DNA from: Neoconidiobolus thromboides FSU 785
Taxonomy: Eukaryota; Fungi; Entomophthoromycota
Length of the DNA stretch: 64,000 nt
Reading direction: 5' to 3'
Assembly (NCBI GenBank): GCA_025603075.1
Contig: MU626332.1
Coordinates: 1 to 64,000 of the forward strand
The position numbers and the translations under genes are program-made. Positions 46,713 through 62,784 of the stretch are shown here, piece after piece. Under the pieces are notes generated by a model, which worked only from the letters and a program-made list of their open reading frames with translations, was not told the DNA's origin and did not search any database. Numbering within the stretch: position 1 is the stretch's first letter; every line of letters starts with the position of its first letter.

Positions 46713-47882
46713 ATGAACAAAAATTGTATAACAACAAAAAAAAATTCCAATAACGGCTTAAAGCCTTCTTTAAGGAGTAACCAGAATACCTTTGTACATA
46801 AATTGGGAACGTAAGTGTTTATTTAATCGATAATAACTTTAATTAATATCCCTATTAGATTAATTAATGATCCAAATATACAGGACTCTATCTATTGGAA
46901 TACAGATGGGCGCTCATTTACCGTAAAAAACATTGATAAGTTTTCCAAAACTGTGTTACCTTTACATTTTAAGCACAATAATTTTTCAAGTTTTATTCGC
47001 CAATTGAATATGTAATTTTAATATTGAACACTTAAAGAATAATTTTTAATCCCTTTTGTATTAGGTATGGCTTTCATAAAGTAAATAGATCACCTAGAGG
47101 TCATAGAAGTGATCCAGCATTTCAAACATGGGAATTCTCACATAAGTTATTTGTAAGGGATAAACTGGAACAAATCAATGATATTAAAAGGACAACAAAT
47201 GATGCGGATTCAAGTATGAAAAATAGTCCATCGCCAGATATTCATTCCCAAGTAGCTTTGATGTATAGTCAACAAAAAGAGATGGTTAATACAATCCATT
47301 CCATGTCAAATGAAATACTTCAACTTCGAAGGGAGTTAAGTGAAGCAAATAGAGTGCAACAAGTTCAACAACAAGTCATAAGGAAGATTACTAATCACTT
47401 GCAAAATATTAATAGCTCAAGTAATAACAATAATAATAATAACATAAATAATTCGAACAATAACCAATTAGGTAAATTAATAAAGCTTGATAATTTATAT
47501 GTATATTAATAATATTATTATAGTAAATAGTGATCAGGCACAACCTACAATTTTTATTACGCCACCACAGGCTCAAAACAATAGCAATATGTATAACAGC
47601 TTAAGCCCCATGCCACATAATGGAAATTCACCAATTATGACCCAAGGACAAGATTATTATTTTAACACCTCAATGAATCAAGAGTTTCAAAATAATATGT
47701 TGAATATTAACAATATGAATTTAAGTCATCTTTCGCCCGGGTTAGCACCTTTAGGATCGGAACACTCATATACAGAGGAAATTAAATTTTCTCCACGTTC
47801 ACCAATAGTTTATAAGCCTCATGATAACTTTTATAGGTCTAATATTAGTGATTCGAATCCAGACGAAGTTTCTCCAAAATAA
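46713..47882 (+). CDS. HSF-type DNA-binding transcription factor (4 exons)
   Basis: NTFVHKL...IYW-DG-SF...[29 protein letters not shown]...WEFSH, followed by a coiled coil and N/Q-rich tail; no receiver domain seen. Confidence 0.93.
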
Positions 47883-48630
47883 GTGGTTATCTTTGTTGCT
47901 CTTTTTTCTCTATATTCTTTTAAGGATTTTAAATATTAGTTTTTATTTTTTAATAACATCTATCTATGTAAATTTATTTTTATTAATTAGTTTATCTTTT
48001 TAATTTATTAAATGTCTTACTTAAAACTTCAAGTCTTTTATGCTGAAATATATGGTGGTTATATTAAAAAATATACACTTTAATTATTATTTTGTAGATT
48101 GCTCTTAAAGTTTGATTTATAAATTGTGTTAAATTATCTTCACTTACCTTAAATTATAGATTCAAAAATAATAGAATTTACATACCCATCACTTACATAA
48201 AAGCTTTAAGAAATGACTTACTGCTATTTTTTATATATAGTGATAAATAAACTATTATACGTTAACACATTTCTGCTAAAAGATTTCAATATACAAATTA
48301 TTCATTAAGTATGACTAAAAAACGATATATCAAAATAATAAATTAAATAAAAGAACATGGTTTAAAACAATAACCTGTATATTAAATAGGGACACATATT
48401 AAATAAACATCGCATATATTAAATAATTCAACAAGTAAAAAAACAAAGGCAACAATTAAGCCTGCTAAACAAAAGAAATTAGAAGTCAAAGTTTTAATTC
48501 TATAAAACTAAAGAAAACATGAAACAATTTTATTTTTAATCAAACTCAAAGTATTAAAATTTATTTATTACTTTTTTGACAATGATTAATATAAGGTATA
48601 GTTATCACTTTAGATGGTTAATTAAATTTT

Positions 48631-49303
48631 TTAAGCTTCACTCTTTTCAACTTTTTCTTCAGTTACAGCTTCTTCAGCTGGAGTTTCTTCAGCATCAATA
48701 GCAGCTTTTTCACTAAAATTAAGTCAAGATTAACCATTATTCACTTAATATTAATTATTATAAAATTACAAGTTTTCAACTAAATCTGGGATATCATCTT
48801 CTCCATCTTTACCAGCATTTGGGTTTAAATGTTGATAAGTTTCAGCTAATTTACGGAGAGAAGCAAGGGATTCGGGGCCAAGTTGATTAAGGATACCTGG
48901 TACAAGTTCGGTAATTTCTATGCAAAAGTTTAAGTAAAAAAGAATAAAAAAGAAACTTCCAAAACATACCTTTATCAGTGGATGGACCGCTAATGACGAA
49001 AGTAGCACCATCAGTACCAGCGAAAACTTTAAAATATCGTTATTTAAAAAAAGAAGCATTAATAAAAATAATAAAATTGTTACCTTTTGGATCAGCAAAG
49101 TGGAGTACTTTACCAGCGTCACCAAACATGTTGACTTCTTGAATATTTGATAATGGAAGTACATCTAATGTTTTGACCACTTTTTCTAAGTTTTTATCAC
49201 CGAGTCCTTTGGAACCAGTAGATTTAAAAACTTTACGACGTGGGGTACCTTTACCACCAATACGTACTTGATTTTGGAGTTTAGCAAGTTTTTCAGGATT
49301 CAT
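48631..49303 (-). CDS. EGD1: Nascent polypeptide-associated complex subunit beta (BTF3) (4 exons)
   Basis: [67 protein letters not shown]. Confidence 0.96.
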
Positions 49304-50890
49304 CTTTTATATATAAAATCAAAATGTTAATCTCTTGACTCCATTTTTTTTCTGCTGTGTTTGGTCCAACATATTTAAGATATAAAAAAAATGGAACGAA
49401 AATGGATGGGACTTTTATTACACTGTTTTGAAATAAATTGGGATTTACTAACCTTAATCAACTTAATATACAATTTTTAAAGTATACAAAGAAAGGACTT
49501 ATTATGCTAGCTTGACCCCCTGCTGAAAACAATTTTTGATATTTTTTGTCCAATGTAAGCTACCTTTGTGAAAAAATTAGAATTTGTTTTTAATTTAACC
49601 AATCAATGTAAATTACGCATTTTGTTTCGAAAATTACAACCAATTATTTTGAACTTTATTTTTAAAATCCCATGAATAGTATTAGAAATCCTTTTTTTTT
49701 AATTGTTTCGAGTTTTAGAATCAAGCGAAAATTTTGATTTAGATTTGTTCAATTTTTTGATATTATATTTGGTATATTAGTTCACTTCTTTGAACTATGT
49801 GAACTAGTTTATTTATTTTTTAAAATAAATTATATTCGATTTAACTCAATCCTTTAATTATCTAAATAAACTTTATGTTTACATTTTTAAACGCTAAGAT
49901 CCTTTTTTAAAAAAATAGTAAACTGAATATTCAAATAATATTCTTAGCTTGTTTTTTTAACTAATTGAAATTATTCTACAGTTCACTTTAAAAGTGACAA
50001 TAAAAATACTGAAAAAATAATATAGTAAAAAATAGAGCAATTATAATATAAAGTCAATGTTACTAAAATAACTTCAATTTTAAAACAAACCGTTTTTGTT
50101 ATTTAAACTGATAACTAAAAATACGAATATTTCATCAACAGAATCAAACTGTGACCTCAAAAGTAAAAATAGGGAAAAAAATTAAGGTTCGAAAAAAGGA
50201 AATAATTATCAAGAACATACACACTAAAATAAAATTCATAATAACCTATTTATTTATTATAAACTCTAAACTATGTTAAGTTGCTTCATATCAACATCAA
50301 AAATAAACAAAGTTAAAAAAAGGCTTAATTTACCATCAATTACCATTGACATCATAAAGATCATATTTAAAAATCTCATTGGTTTTTTAAGATGAATAAG
50401 GGAGGAATTCGTTCAATAAGTTGAATTTACAAATTAACACCCGACTTTACAGATAATCTATAGATCTAATTCGCTTATTTTATTATCCTGGAGAAATTAG
50501 GTAACTACAAAGTAAAGAATGAACATTGACAAAAATTTAGAAGGTCAAAAATTAGTTAGCTGAATTTTCATCACTTTAAAGTTTTTGAATTGAGTTTTAA
50601 AAGTTCAAGTTTGTATTTTTAATATAAAAAAGATAAAGTTTTGCACTTATTATCCAAGATTGGATATTTATTTGAAAGTTGGAAAATTGAGTTTTGGTAA
50701 GTGTTCATTCGACTATTACTTACTAATTAGTTATAAACAGTGACTTGAGTATTTTGTTGTTAAATACTTTGTAGATAATCACTGTGTTCGTAGTTAATTT
50801 AAACTACCATTCCCTATTTCTATTTATATCTTCATTTATTCATCCTTAAGACACTAGTATTAATCTCTTAATTATTTATCTAGTTAAGAA

Positions 50891-51924
50891 ATGGCAGAAG
50901 AAGGCAAAAATAGGTGATTATTTATAAAATGAACACAAAAATCGGCAATAAACTTATCATTTGTTTATTTTAGTGTTGTAATCAAAGTAGGTATGGTAGG
51001 GGATTCACAAATTGGAAAAACAAGTTTAATGGTAAAATACGTTGAAGGATCATTTGATGAAGATTATATTCAAACGCTTGGTAAGTGAGGTTGTTTCAAA
51101 AGATTTTGTTTTTTAAAACTGAAGAATTTATTGACTATTTTGAATTCTTATTTTTTTATAAATTAGAAGTAGAATTTTAATATTAATTTATTTTTTATTA
51201 CTTTTAGGTGTTAATTTTATGGAAAAAACAATATCTATTAGAAACACTGAAATTACTTTCTCAATATGGGATTTAGGAGGTAACTCATTAATTCACTTCT
51301 CATGTGTTACAAAACATTAACCCATTTCTTCCTTCCCACTCTTAGGTCAACATGAATTTGTTAATATGTTACCATTAGTATGTAATGACGCTGTAGCAAT
51401 ATTATTTATGTTTGATTTATCAAGAAAAGCAACTTTAAATTCAATTAAAGAATGGTATCGTCAAGCTCGTGGATTTAATAAAGTAATTTATTATAGATTG
51501 TTAGAAGATGAACAACTAAATGGATGCTAATATTTGAATTTTAATAGACTGCTATGCCCTTTTTAGTTGGTACTAAATATGATCATTTTGCTAGTTTTAA
51601 TAGAGAAGAACAAGAAGAAATAACAAAACAGGTAATTGGGATCAATAATTTTATTAAATAATAATAATATATAGTATATTATATTAGACAACAATAAGAT
51701 CTATTCTAAAAAATTAATACTCATTATAATTTTAATTCATATAGGCACGTAAATTTGCGAAAGCAATGAGGGCGCCATTAATATTTTGTTCTACATCCCA
51801 TTCTATCAATGTACAAAAAGTATTTAAAGTGGTATTAAGTAAAGCGTTTGATCTTAAATGTACTATTCCAGAGATTTCAGATATTGGTGCACCTATACTT
51901 GAGTATGAAGTTGGGTCGGAGTAA
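50891..51924 (+). CDS. SPG1: Tem1/Spg1 septation / mitotic-exit GTPase (6 exons)
   Basis: [75 protein letters not shown]. Confidence 0.96.
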
Positions 51925-52315
51925 ACAATGATTGTAAAAGAAAAGAGATGTGTAGTTTTTGCAAAGCTTGTTTGTTAGATTCATTCATAAATTGATACAG
52001 ATTATAATGTTAAAATTATACGTCCCACTTTTTCTCAATGGTTAGTTTAGAATAGTATTTTAAGCTTCAATTTTTGTCCTACCTCTTCACTTTCTTTAAT
52101 ATTTTTTCCTTTACTATTAACTTTTAATCGGATCACCCTTTTTTGACATTAAAGTTTTCAAACCTTTAGTTTTTATTATTTTCAAATAGAAATGTCTAGA
52201 AAAATAGATGTCATTATATTTGATTATTAAAATCTCAATTCTTGACTTTTCAAATTTATTTCTTGAAAATCTTAAAACATTAAATTTTATCATTCTTTAA
52301 AATAGATAAACATAG

Positions 52316-52700
52316 TTGAGGAAAGTTCATGAAGTTTGAAGAATAAATAGATTCGATAAGATGTACAAGAGAGTGTTTTGGAGAACCGTATTATATGTAT
52401 TAGAAATAGAACACATACAAAGTTTTCTATTAATTGAACCATTTGTATATAATTAGAAACTTAGGAAATATTTACTATTAAGATATCAATTTTTTAGTCA
52501 TTTTCCTTAATTTTTAATCAAAGATTATGTTTCATTAAGATATACTCTTGATGCTTGAATTATATCTCAGAGGTGAGTAATTCAATCAATACAGAGCTTG
52601 GTATGTGTTCTATTTATAATACATAATAAGATCCTCTAAAAAATACTCGCCCACATTTTCTTTAAACCCTTCATTCTTCAAATTTTTTGAAATTTTCTCA
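52316..52700. repeat. Degenerate fold-back with ~125-bp arms
   Basis: 52394-52422 matches the reverse complement of 52597-52625 at 27/29 bases; similarity continues on both sides. Confidence 0.8.
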
Positions 52701-52775
52701 CAGTTATATGATTCTATACTACATTACTTTAGAATATAATATTTAATCTTTATATTTTTATATTTCTATAATATT

Positions 52776-55103
52776 CTATAATTTATTTATAACATTTAAT
52801 TTTTTAAGAATGGAGGTAAATAAGCTGGTAATTCATCCCATTCTAGTGGTAATTCTAAATCTGGATAAGAAGTTTCATTTAAGGCACCTAATGGAGCATT
52901 TGAATTAAATTCCATTGAATTGACTAAACGAGGATAAATGTTATTAATACTTAAATCCTTAGCCTCATTATTTGTTAATTCTAATTTATTCGTGTTCTAC
53001 AATAATAAAATAGGTTAATAAGTATTAAATGTAAGAGGGAAATAAAATAAATTTACTATAAATTCATGATATTTAGTTTCCATATCAATTATCTCTAAAG
53101 TGCTATTTTTTATTTTTTTTGTTATTGATTTGAAGTTATTGTCATCAATTTCGTGTTTTGAAATCTAAAATAAAATAAAATAAAATAAAATAAAATAAAA
53201 AATGATAATAAATCATTTTAACTTACGCTTTTCTTGGAATTAATAATTAATTTAACTAATTGTAATTGATTTTTAAAATCATCAATTAAATTGGAATTTA
53301 ATGAATAAATATGATTTAATATCATTAATGTACTAATAATAATTAAATTAAATAATTAATCAAAAATAAAAATATACTTACTAAATATTAGGTTTTCTTA
53401 AACAAATATGAATTATATAATCTAATTCAATTTGTTCAAAATTTTCTTCTAAATTAAAACTCAAACTAATAATTTCTTTACTCCAAGCGACTAGAAATTG
53501 AATTATTAATATTATAGTATAATAATATTATAATATTACCTAAACTTAACATATAACTGTCATCAAGGTCTTGATTTTTATCCGAATTATTCTAATAATT
53601 AATTAATTAATATTAAAACTCTGTCCACATATCACAACAAACAATAATAAACTTACTAATCCTAATAAATCCATTGTTGTAGAAGATAAATCAACTAGAT
53701 AAATATTAATAACTACAATATAGTAATAAACAAAATACATAATTTACATTCTATAGATTCTAATTTATCAATTAAAGCTAATAATAAAGCTTCTAAAAAT
53801 GCTTGATACTTTTCAGCTAATAGTTTCATTAACGGTAACCATAAATTTAATTGATTTTTATCTAACTTTAAATTATTCTTGGTTGGGCGTTTTCTAAAAT
53901 CGAATTGTTATTATTGTTATAAACTTTTTTCTTATATAAATAATATAACTTACTTTTTTCTTTGTGGAATTAAAAAAGAAGGTTGAATTAAATTATTAAT
54001 TATCAAATTTAAATACAAATTTATATTTTTTCTTCTAAAAAAATTCATCACTATTCCTTTTTCTTTACCGACTAGTTTCATTCCATCTTCTTCTTCGTTA
54101 TCTATATGCATCCATATTTAATATTGGTTTATTAAAACAATAATAAACAACATAGTATCAAATATAATACGATATTGTTACTAATTTACCTTTTAACCAA
54201 GCTTTTCTTAATTGTTTATAACTAATTAGTAAATTGTTGACTATTTCTACATCTTCCGTTGATTGATGTATTATTTTATTCCAGTAATGAACATTCAACC
54301 ATTCCAAAGCCTATAATAATAATAAAAAATTAATATAAATAATTATACTCTTAAATCTCAACCCAAGTCATTCCTCAAATTTAATAAAACTAATTAGTCA
54401 AAAACAAAATTTAAACCTACTTCTTTTGCATAATCTCTTAATATTTGAATTTTAGGTAAATTACCATGAGTAGCTGTATGACGAAGCATCACAAATTTAG
54501 GTGGTAATTGAATATTTTTAGCAATAATATGAATTGGTTTTGCATATTTACTTGTTTGTTCAGGATCAATAATACCATTAACAAATCTAAATCAAAAAGA
54601 TTACTATTAAATAATAATGAGAGAAATATTAATAAAACTATAAAAACGGATATAAATGAATTTTGCTTTTTGCTTTTTATTACCTTATTAAAGCCATTGA
54701 ATATAACATTCTTAATTCAATATCATTAAAATTTTTTACTTGTTGTTCATAATCTTTAATAATAACTTGATAAAATAACATACTACACTCAATACTACAA
54801 GGCAATTTTCCACGAATATACCATGCTTTAATCTGTTTAATTTGTTAATAAATAAATAAAACTGAATCAAATTAATCAATTAATAATAATATTCGATGAA
54901 ATAGTTTATTAATTTTACCATTCTTATTTTATATATTATTATTATTATTATTATTCTATTAATTATTGTTAACTTACTCTTTTTAAAGCCCATAGCAATT
55001 TATCATCGTTATTGGGTTGTTTCGATATTGGAAATAAAGCCTCTTTTACTGATTGAAATTCTTCAATATTAGTCCATGGTACGATTGTTGGTATAAATTT
55101 CAT
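52776..55103 (-). CDS. LAS1: Las1 HEPN pre-rRNA endoribonuclease (multi-exon)
   Basis: VPW, AW-IRGKLP, LRMLYSMALIRFVNG, catalytic LRHTATH, ALEWL-HYW, PSFLIP, C-terminal APLGAL. Internal exon edges not all resolved. Confidence 0.9.
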
Positions 55104-55281
55104 TTCTTTTTTAATAAAAAATAAAAGTAAAAATTGTTTTAATGTAGAATTAAAGTTAAATTATTCTTTTTATTCAAGCCATTAATTTTTAACTATTATG
55201 TTGAAAACCAATAATTATATTAAAAATGAAAAATAAAAGTTTATATAAGAAAATACATCAATTTTATTTCAACCATACTCG

Positions 55282-56014
55282 TTAATAAAGAGATTTGGCT
55301 GCCAACTTCCATTTATTAACTACCATATCCACATCTTTTTCTTGTATTCCCTTTTCTTTTAAAAACCCTTCCAATTCTGTCCAGAATTCAACATGCAACA
55401 ATTTCTGTTTTGTTTCCTCACACACTGTCTTATCCTTTTCGCTTTCCTTTCCTTCAATTAATGAATTTCCTTCTTGTTGATTCTTTTTCTGTAAATAAAC
55501 TGTACTATTACTATCAATATTTAACTCGAACATTTTCTTATCATCCCCTAATGGTCTTCCTTTTAATAATAAACGTTGATTCGATACTGGAATAGAAAGC
55601 TTTTTTTCAATGATATGTTTAATATCAAGAATAGTATGAGTTTTAGTGATATTAGGGATCATGGATTCCATATTACTATTGAGATATTTGAATTTTAAAT
55701 GGAAAGGGACTATTTAAATTGATTAAGTATTAATAACTAAATTACGTGGTGGAAGAGTAAATGAAACTTACCATCATCTTCGGTTTCAGATATTAAATAT
55801 GATTTTCGTTTGAAAACAGATGGTAACTAATTAAATGAAGAATTAATTAGTTTTAATTTGTATAAAGTGATTTACTTACAGGTTCTAATTCACCGATTTT
55901 AAATACTGCATTAGGAAATAATTGGGATTGTATTGATTTGTAATTAGAACTAGAATCACGTTGATCCAAAGAAGTTAACATATCTTGAATAAATAAATCC
56001 TCAGTTGTAGTCAT
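55282..56014 (-). CDS. GET5: Get5/Mdy2 (UBL4A-like) ubiquitin-like protein (3 exons)
   Basis: ORFs 55853-56098 and 55282-55671 join through two GT-AG introns. Product has EDLFIQDMLTSL N-domain, UBL with QRLLLKGRPL, and C-terminal FWTELEGFL dimerisation-type motif. Confidence 0.8.
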
Positions 56015-56456
56015 TCTTTGTCTTGTTATGTTGTAATTAGAATTTTTAAGAAAAAAAATGAAGTGTTGAAATTTAGAGTGGTAATTTTTTATACGCAATT
56101 CTATTTTTGAATTGATAAAAATTTTAGTAATATTAAAAGTTCTAGTTTTTTAAATATTTTTTAAGACAAAAATTGATAATAACTTTTATAATATTTTAAA
56201 TAAAATAAAATAAGATGGAATCTATTTATAATTTATTAGAGATTGAATTTATAAAATATTCTTAATTTATATTTATTAAATTCAATATTCCATTTATTTA
56301 TATAATAATTGAAATATTAAAGATAAAATACAGAAGAATCAATTGTAATTAAAAATGAATTATTTAATAAAATATTATTATCATCAAATTAAAACGATTA
56401 TTTCTAATTCCCTAAAACTTCTGTTTTATTAAATAACTTCACTCATCTATTCATCT

Positions 56457-58690
<2,234 letters not shown>

Positions 58691-58911
58691 TTAAATTTTG
58701 AATTTTTTGATCAACGCAATTTTGAGATTGAAAAAGCATCTGAATCAATTAGAAATATCAAAAACAAAATTGCTTTTTACTTTATTTTCTAAAAAAGATA
58801 TGCTGATTAGATAATGAGTAAAAGAAAAACGTAAAAATTTTAGTACAGGATCAATAAAATAACAATAAAAACATTTAAACATTAATTAGTAGAAGCCAAA
58901 CTAAGTTAGAA

Positions 58912-61037
58912 ATGGAAGATTCGGAAGAGGATTTGGAAATGATGAAAGGGATTAAAGAGGAAATAGAAGATATTGAAGAGGTAAAGATTTTAAATTGAAA
59001 CTAAAATAATTTTAATTCGTTCTATAATTCTTAGTTATTAGATATGGATAGTGAAGCTGATTCATTAGATAAAGGATTAGAGGAACTGAGATTTTTTTTT
59101 GATAGGTAAATTAAATCAACCATTCTAATTTTTTACTTCATATTAAATCAAATAATCTCTTGTCCTCAGTGATACATCGAAGTCCAAAAAATTAGCAAAG
59201 AGAACGATAGAGAAAGAGTATAATTATTCTTTAGATAAATTACTGAATGAAAAAGAAAATGATAAATTTCAAGAACTTGAAATTAAACCATTTCATTTGA
59301 TGTTTGAAAATGTAGATTTTTATATTTTACTTTTATATCATTTGTAGGCTAAATGAATAATTTATTTATTTATTTTATTAAATAGGAATTCGATAATGAT
59401 ATCTTAGATCAGGATACAGCACTGAAGTTTTTAAGAGAGAAGGAGGAAAATGGAAATGAAGGAAATGAAGGAAATGAAGGAAATGAAAATAAGATAGATA
59501 GATTAAAACAAGTAAGCAATCATATTTTAATATCTTAACAAAATAAATAATATTATTCAGATAATGAGCGATAGTAAAAATGATAATGATACAATAGAAA
59601 TTAAAATAACAATCTTTAAAACCAGTTATCAAAAACAAATTCTTGAACTATCTAATCTCAAAGACATTAAACTCCTCAATGATTTTCAACAACTCATTGA
59701 TGCTACTAAATTCGAATATAATGATAGACTATTAACTATAGTGGAAAATAGTATCTATAATTTAGATTTTGAATTAACACAGGAATTTTATGCATTGATA
59801 TGGAAATTTACAATCAAATTTGAGTTTGAATGGGATTTATTCTATTTATTGGAAGAATACTTTAGATTATTTGAAGCTAAATTTTTAATCTTAGATGACT
59901 TTAATAAGTTGGATTTAAATTATATATTTGATATTGAAGATAAGGAGGATAATAAGGAAAAGGAAGAGGAGATTGAAGAGAATAAAATTATGGAATATGT
60001 TAATGAAATTCGACTGTTTTTTAATTTTATTAATCAAGTATTAGATTCAAAGTAAGTTTTTATTATTTTTATTTGATTTAATATATAAATAATAACAACA
60101 ATAATTGATAGGTATTATAAACCCATGACTTTTCATGAAAAAAGTAATTTAGTTATAGGATTAATACTCCTCTCTTTCGACACTCATTTAGCATGCATTG
60201 TAAATAACGAATTACAACTAATAATAGGAAAAATTATCAACTCAATACAAGATCTGGATTCTTTATACACAATTATTATTAAAAATTTAATACATTTGAT
60301 AACTAGAATATACGATATGGATGAAAAAAAAGGGTATTATTTTATCAAGAATATGCTAGGTTTTTTATTTTCAGTTACAAGGACTAAGCGAGAGAGAGGG
60401 AAGTATCTGTTTTTTCAATTAAGTAGTTATCATTGTTTAGAATTACTTAGTGGACAGAAATTTAAGGTATATTTTTGTACTAATGTGTAGAATAGCATTA
60501 ACAGTATTAATATTAGTTATTGCCTAACATTGAAGATTATAATTTAAAAACATATTTAAAATTAATATATCCTAATTATAAATTAGATAACAATAACAAA
60601 TTAATTGATAATAAGATTAACGAAAATTTAATATTAAAAAATATATTAACGGAATCCAAATTAATTAATTTAATTCAATTATTTCAATGGAATTTAACCA
60701 ATTTTATTTTGAATAAAAAAGACAAAGTAGTCATTTTATTATGATTTTTCTATAACAATGTTAATGTTGATTATTTTAGCTATTAATTAATCAATTGATT
60801 AATTTTTTTAAAGATTGGGATAGTCAGATAGGCAAGATTTGTATTTTAATATTAAATTATTAAATTATTAATAGAAACTTAATACAGATGTTAAAGGAGA
60901 TAATATATTCTATTCAATAGTAAGTGGAATTAATAGATAGAGATAATGACATAATCAAGTATTTTTATTTTTTTTACTAGGCAAAAGAAGAATTACAATT
61001 ATTATATTTAAGGCTGCATTATTTCATCAAACAATAA
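58912..61037 (+). CDS. Multi-exon protein, possibly SLF2/FAM178/Nse6-like (CANIN-type domain)
   Basis: Exons join in frame: acidic N-terminus, (GNE)4 repeat, helical core with LILLSFD-L, RGKYL--QLS and terminal AKEELQLLYLRLHY. Family call from remembered motifs only. Confidence 0.5.
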
Positions 61038-61226
61038 ACACATTCAAAAACAAAAATCATTAATTACTCGTCTCTTTCCTATAGAGTAAGATAATGATGA
61101 TTAAAGAGTAAGTTAATATCACTGATAACGAAGTAAAGAACATCAAACTGTCTGAAGTGTAAAGATCGGTTATAAATAAACTTTTTTAATTGAGTTAGCT
61201 TTATCTTGTTTTTTTGATAGAATTGA

Positions 61227-61294
61227 ATTAAATACGGGCTAATTAAAATACGGGCTAATTAAAATACACTCTTTAGCTAGGAAAATACGGCTGA
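61227..61294. repeat. Short 16-bp direct repeat (AAATACGGGCTAATTA x2 plus partials)
   Basis: Seen directly, between two convergent genes. Confidence 0.8.
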
Positions 61295-61503
61295 TAGTAT
61301 TTTTATTATTTATTGTAGTCAATTTTCTAGGGTATAGAATATAAAGACAAAAGGGAATACTATTTTGAACTCTGAGTTAAATCAGAACGAAATAAATAAA
61401 ATAACTACAAAGTTTATTATTCGAAGTTCAGGAAAATGGTGATATTATATCTAAAGATATACTATCAAATTAAACAATAGTACATAAAACAAGTCCACTT
61501 CCA

Positions 61504-61947
61504 TTATCCTCTTCTCCCCCACAGTAAAATAAAAATTACTGCAGTATAAGCCAAAATAGCCAATAATGAAGTAGCAAATACTAAATTCCCTGATGTATAA
61601 AAATATTTTAAAAACAAACTTTTCTTTAACTCTTTATCTTTATCTTCCTCATCTTCAATATAACTATATTGGAACTCTTTTAAGTGATAACGTCTTATAA
61701 TATCGATGATGAACATTGAGATTCCAAAAGTAATAAACACTAAACCTATTAAGCGTAACTCTTTATCGAATAAACGAAGGGCGAGAAGACTCGCGCCCAT
61801 TAATCCTATACTTGTACGGAAGTAAGCACCATCTAAAGTACGCTCTTTGGCTAATTAATGAAAGATTACTTATTTGGTTGCTGCTTGTATGTTCATTTTT
61901 TTACCTCTTAAGTCCAATACTTGATTGTCATTGAGTTGATCTGCCAT
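61504..61947 (-). CDS. DUF202-type small membrane protein (2 exons)
   Basis: Splicing gives DLRAKERTLDGAYFRTSIG followed by three hydrophobic helices. Confidence 0.8.
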
Positions 61948-62784
61948 CTTTAATAAAAATAGTTGGTCTTGAATAAAAGTAAAAAATAAAACTTAAAAAA
62001 TAAAGGAATTATTTTTTTGAATTCATAAACTTATGCTAATTAACTAAAAATAAAAATTACTCATTTTGAAATTGATTTTTTAGGCTTAATTAGTTTTGGT
62101 AACAATTCAATTTCTTTGCCCAAAATTTTAGTTTTTATCTGGTTTTATTTGTTTTTAAGATCATTTTTATAATGAATTGTGACCAAAAAATTCGAAAAAA
62201 TCATATTTTTAGGTCAATTTTAAAAAACTATTCAAATTGAAGTTTCAAATTTACCGGTAAATAGCAATGTAAAAATGAACAAAAAATCTCACTTCCTTTT
62301 TTTAATCACAGTCATTTTTGTTAAACTCATTTTTCGGTTCATATTGTACTTATTTTTTTCTTTGATAAGGACATTATTAGCTACTCTGACTTTATCTAAA
62401 AGATAATAATTGGAAAGTTGGTGCTCATTCGAAAAAATTAATCTAAATTTACAGTTAAAAATAAAAATAAAGTCTAAATTTCTTTTGCTTAGTTTTTTTT
62501 TTCATGAGATCATTTTTTGACTACAGATTTGGCTCATTTAGTTTAAAAAATGGTCAAATTCAAGTACTTTTTAGAAGAATTTCTCTTTTTGAGTTTTATT
62601 TTTTAAACTACTCTGCTTTTCAAAGCAACGAATTTAACAAAACCCAAAACCGAAGCTTTTTATTTACTAACTTATTTAATAAATCTTTTCATTTATTTAA
62701 AAGTTAAGCTTTACCTTAACTAACTATTTCTAATCGAAAAGAAGAATATTTTAATTCTAAAAAAAACAAACTGAAATAAAACAA

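Noticed and set aside
54508-55595. Plus-strand ORFs 54508-54729, 55295-55480 and 55410-55595
   Set aside because: Antisense to LAS1 and GET5 exons.
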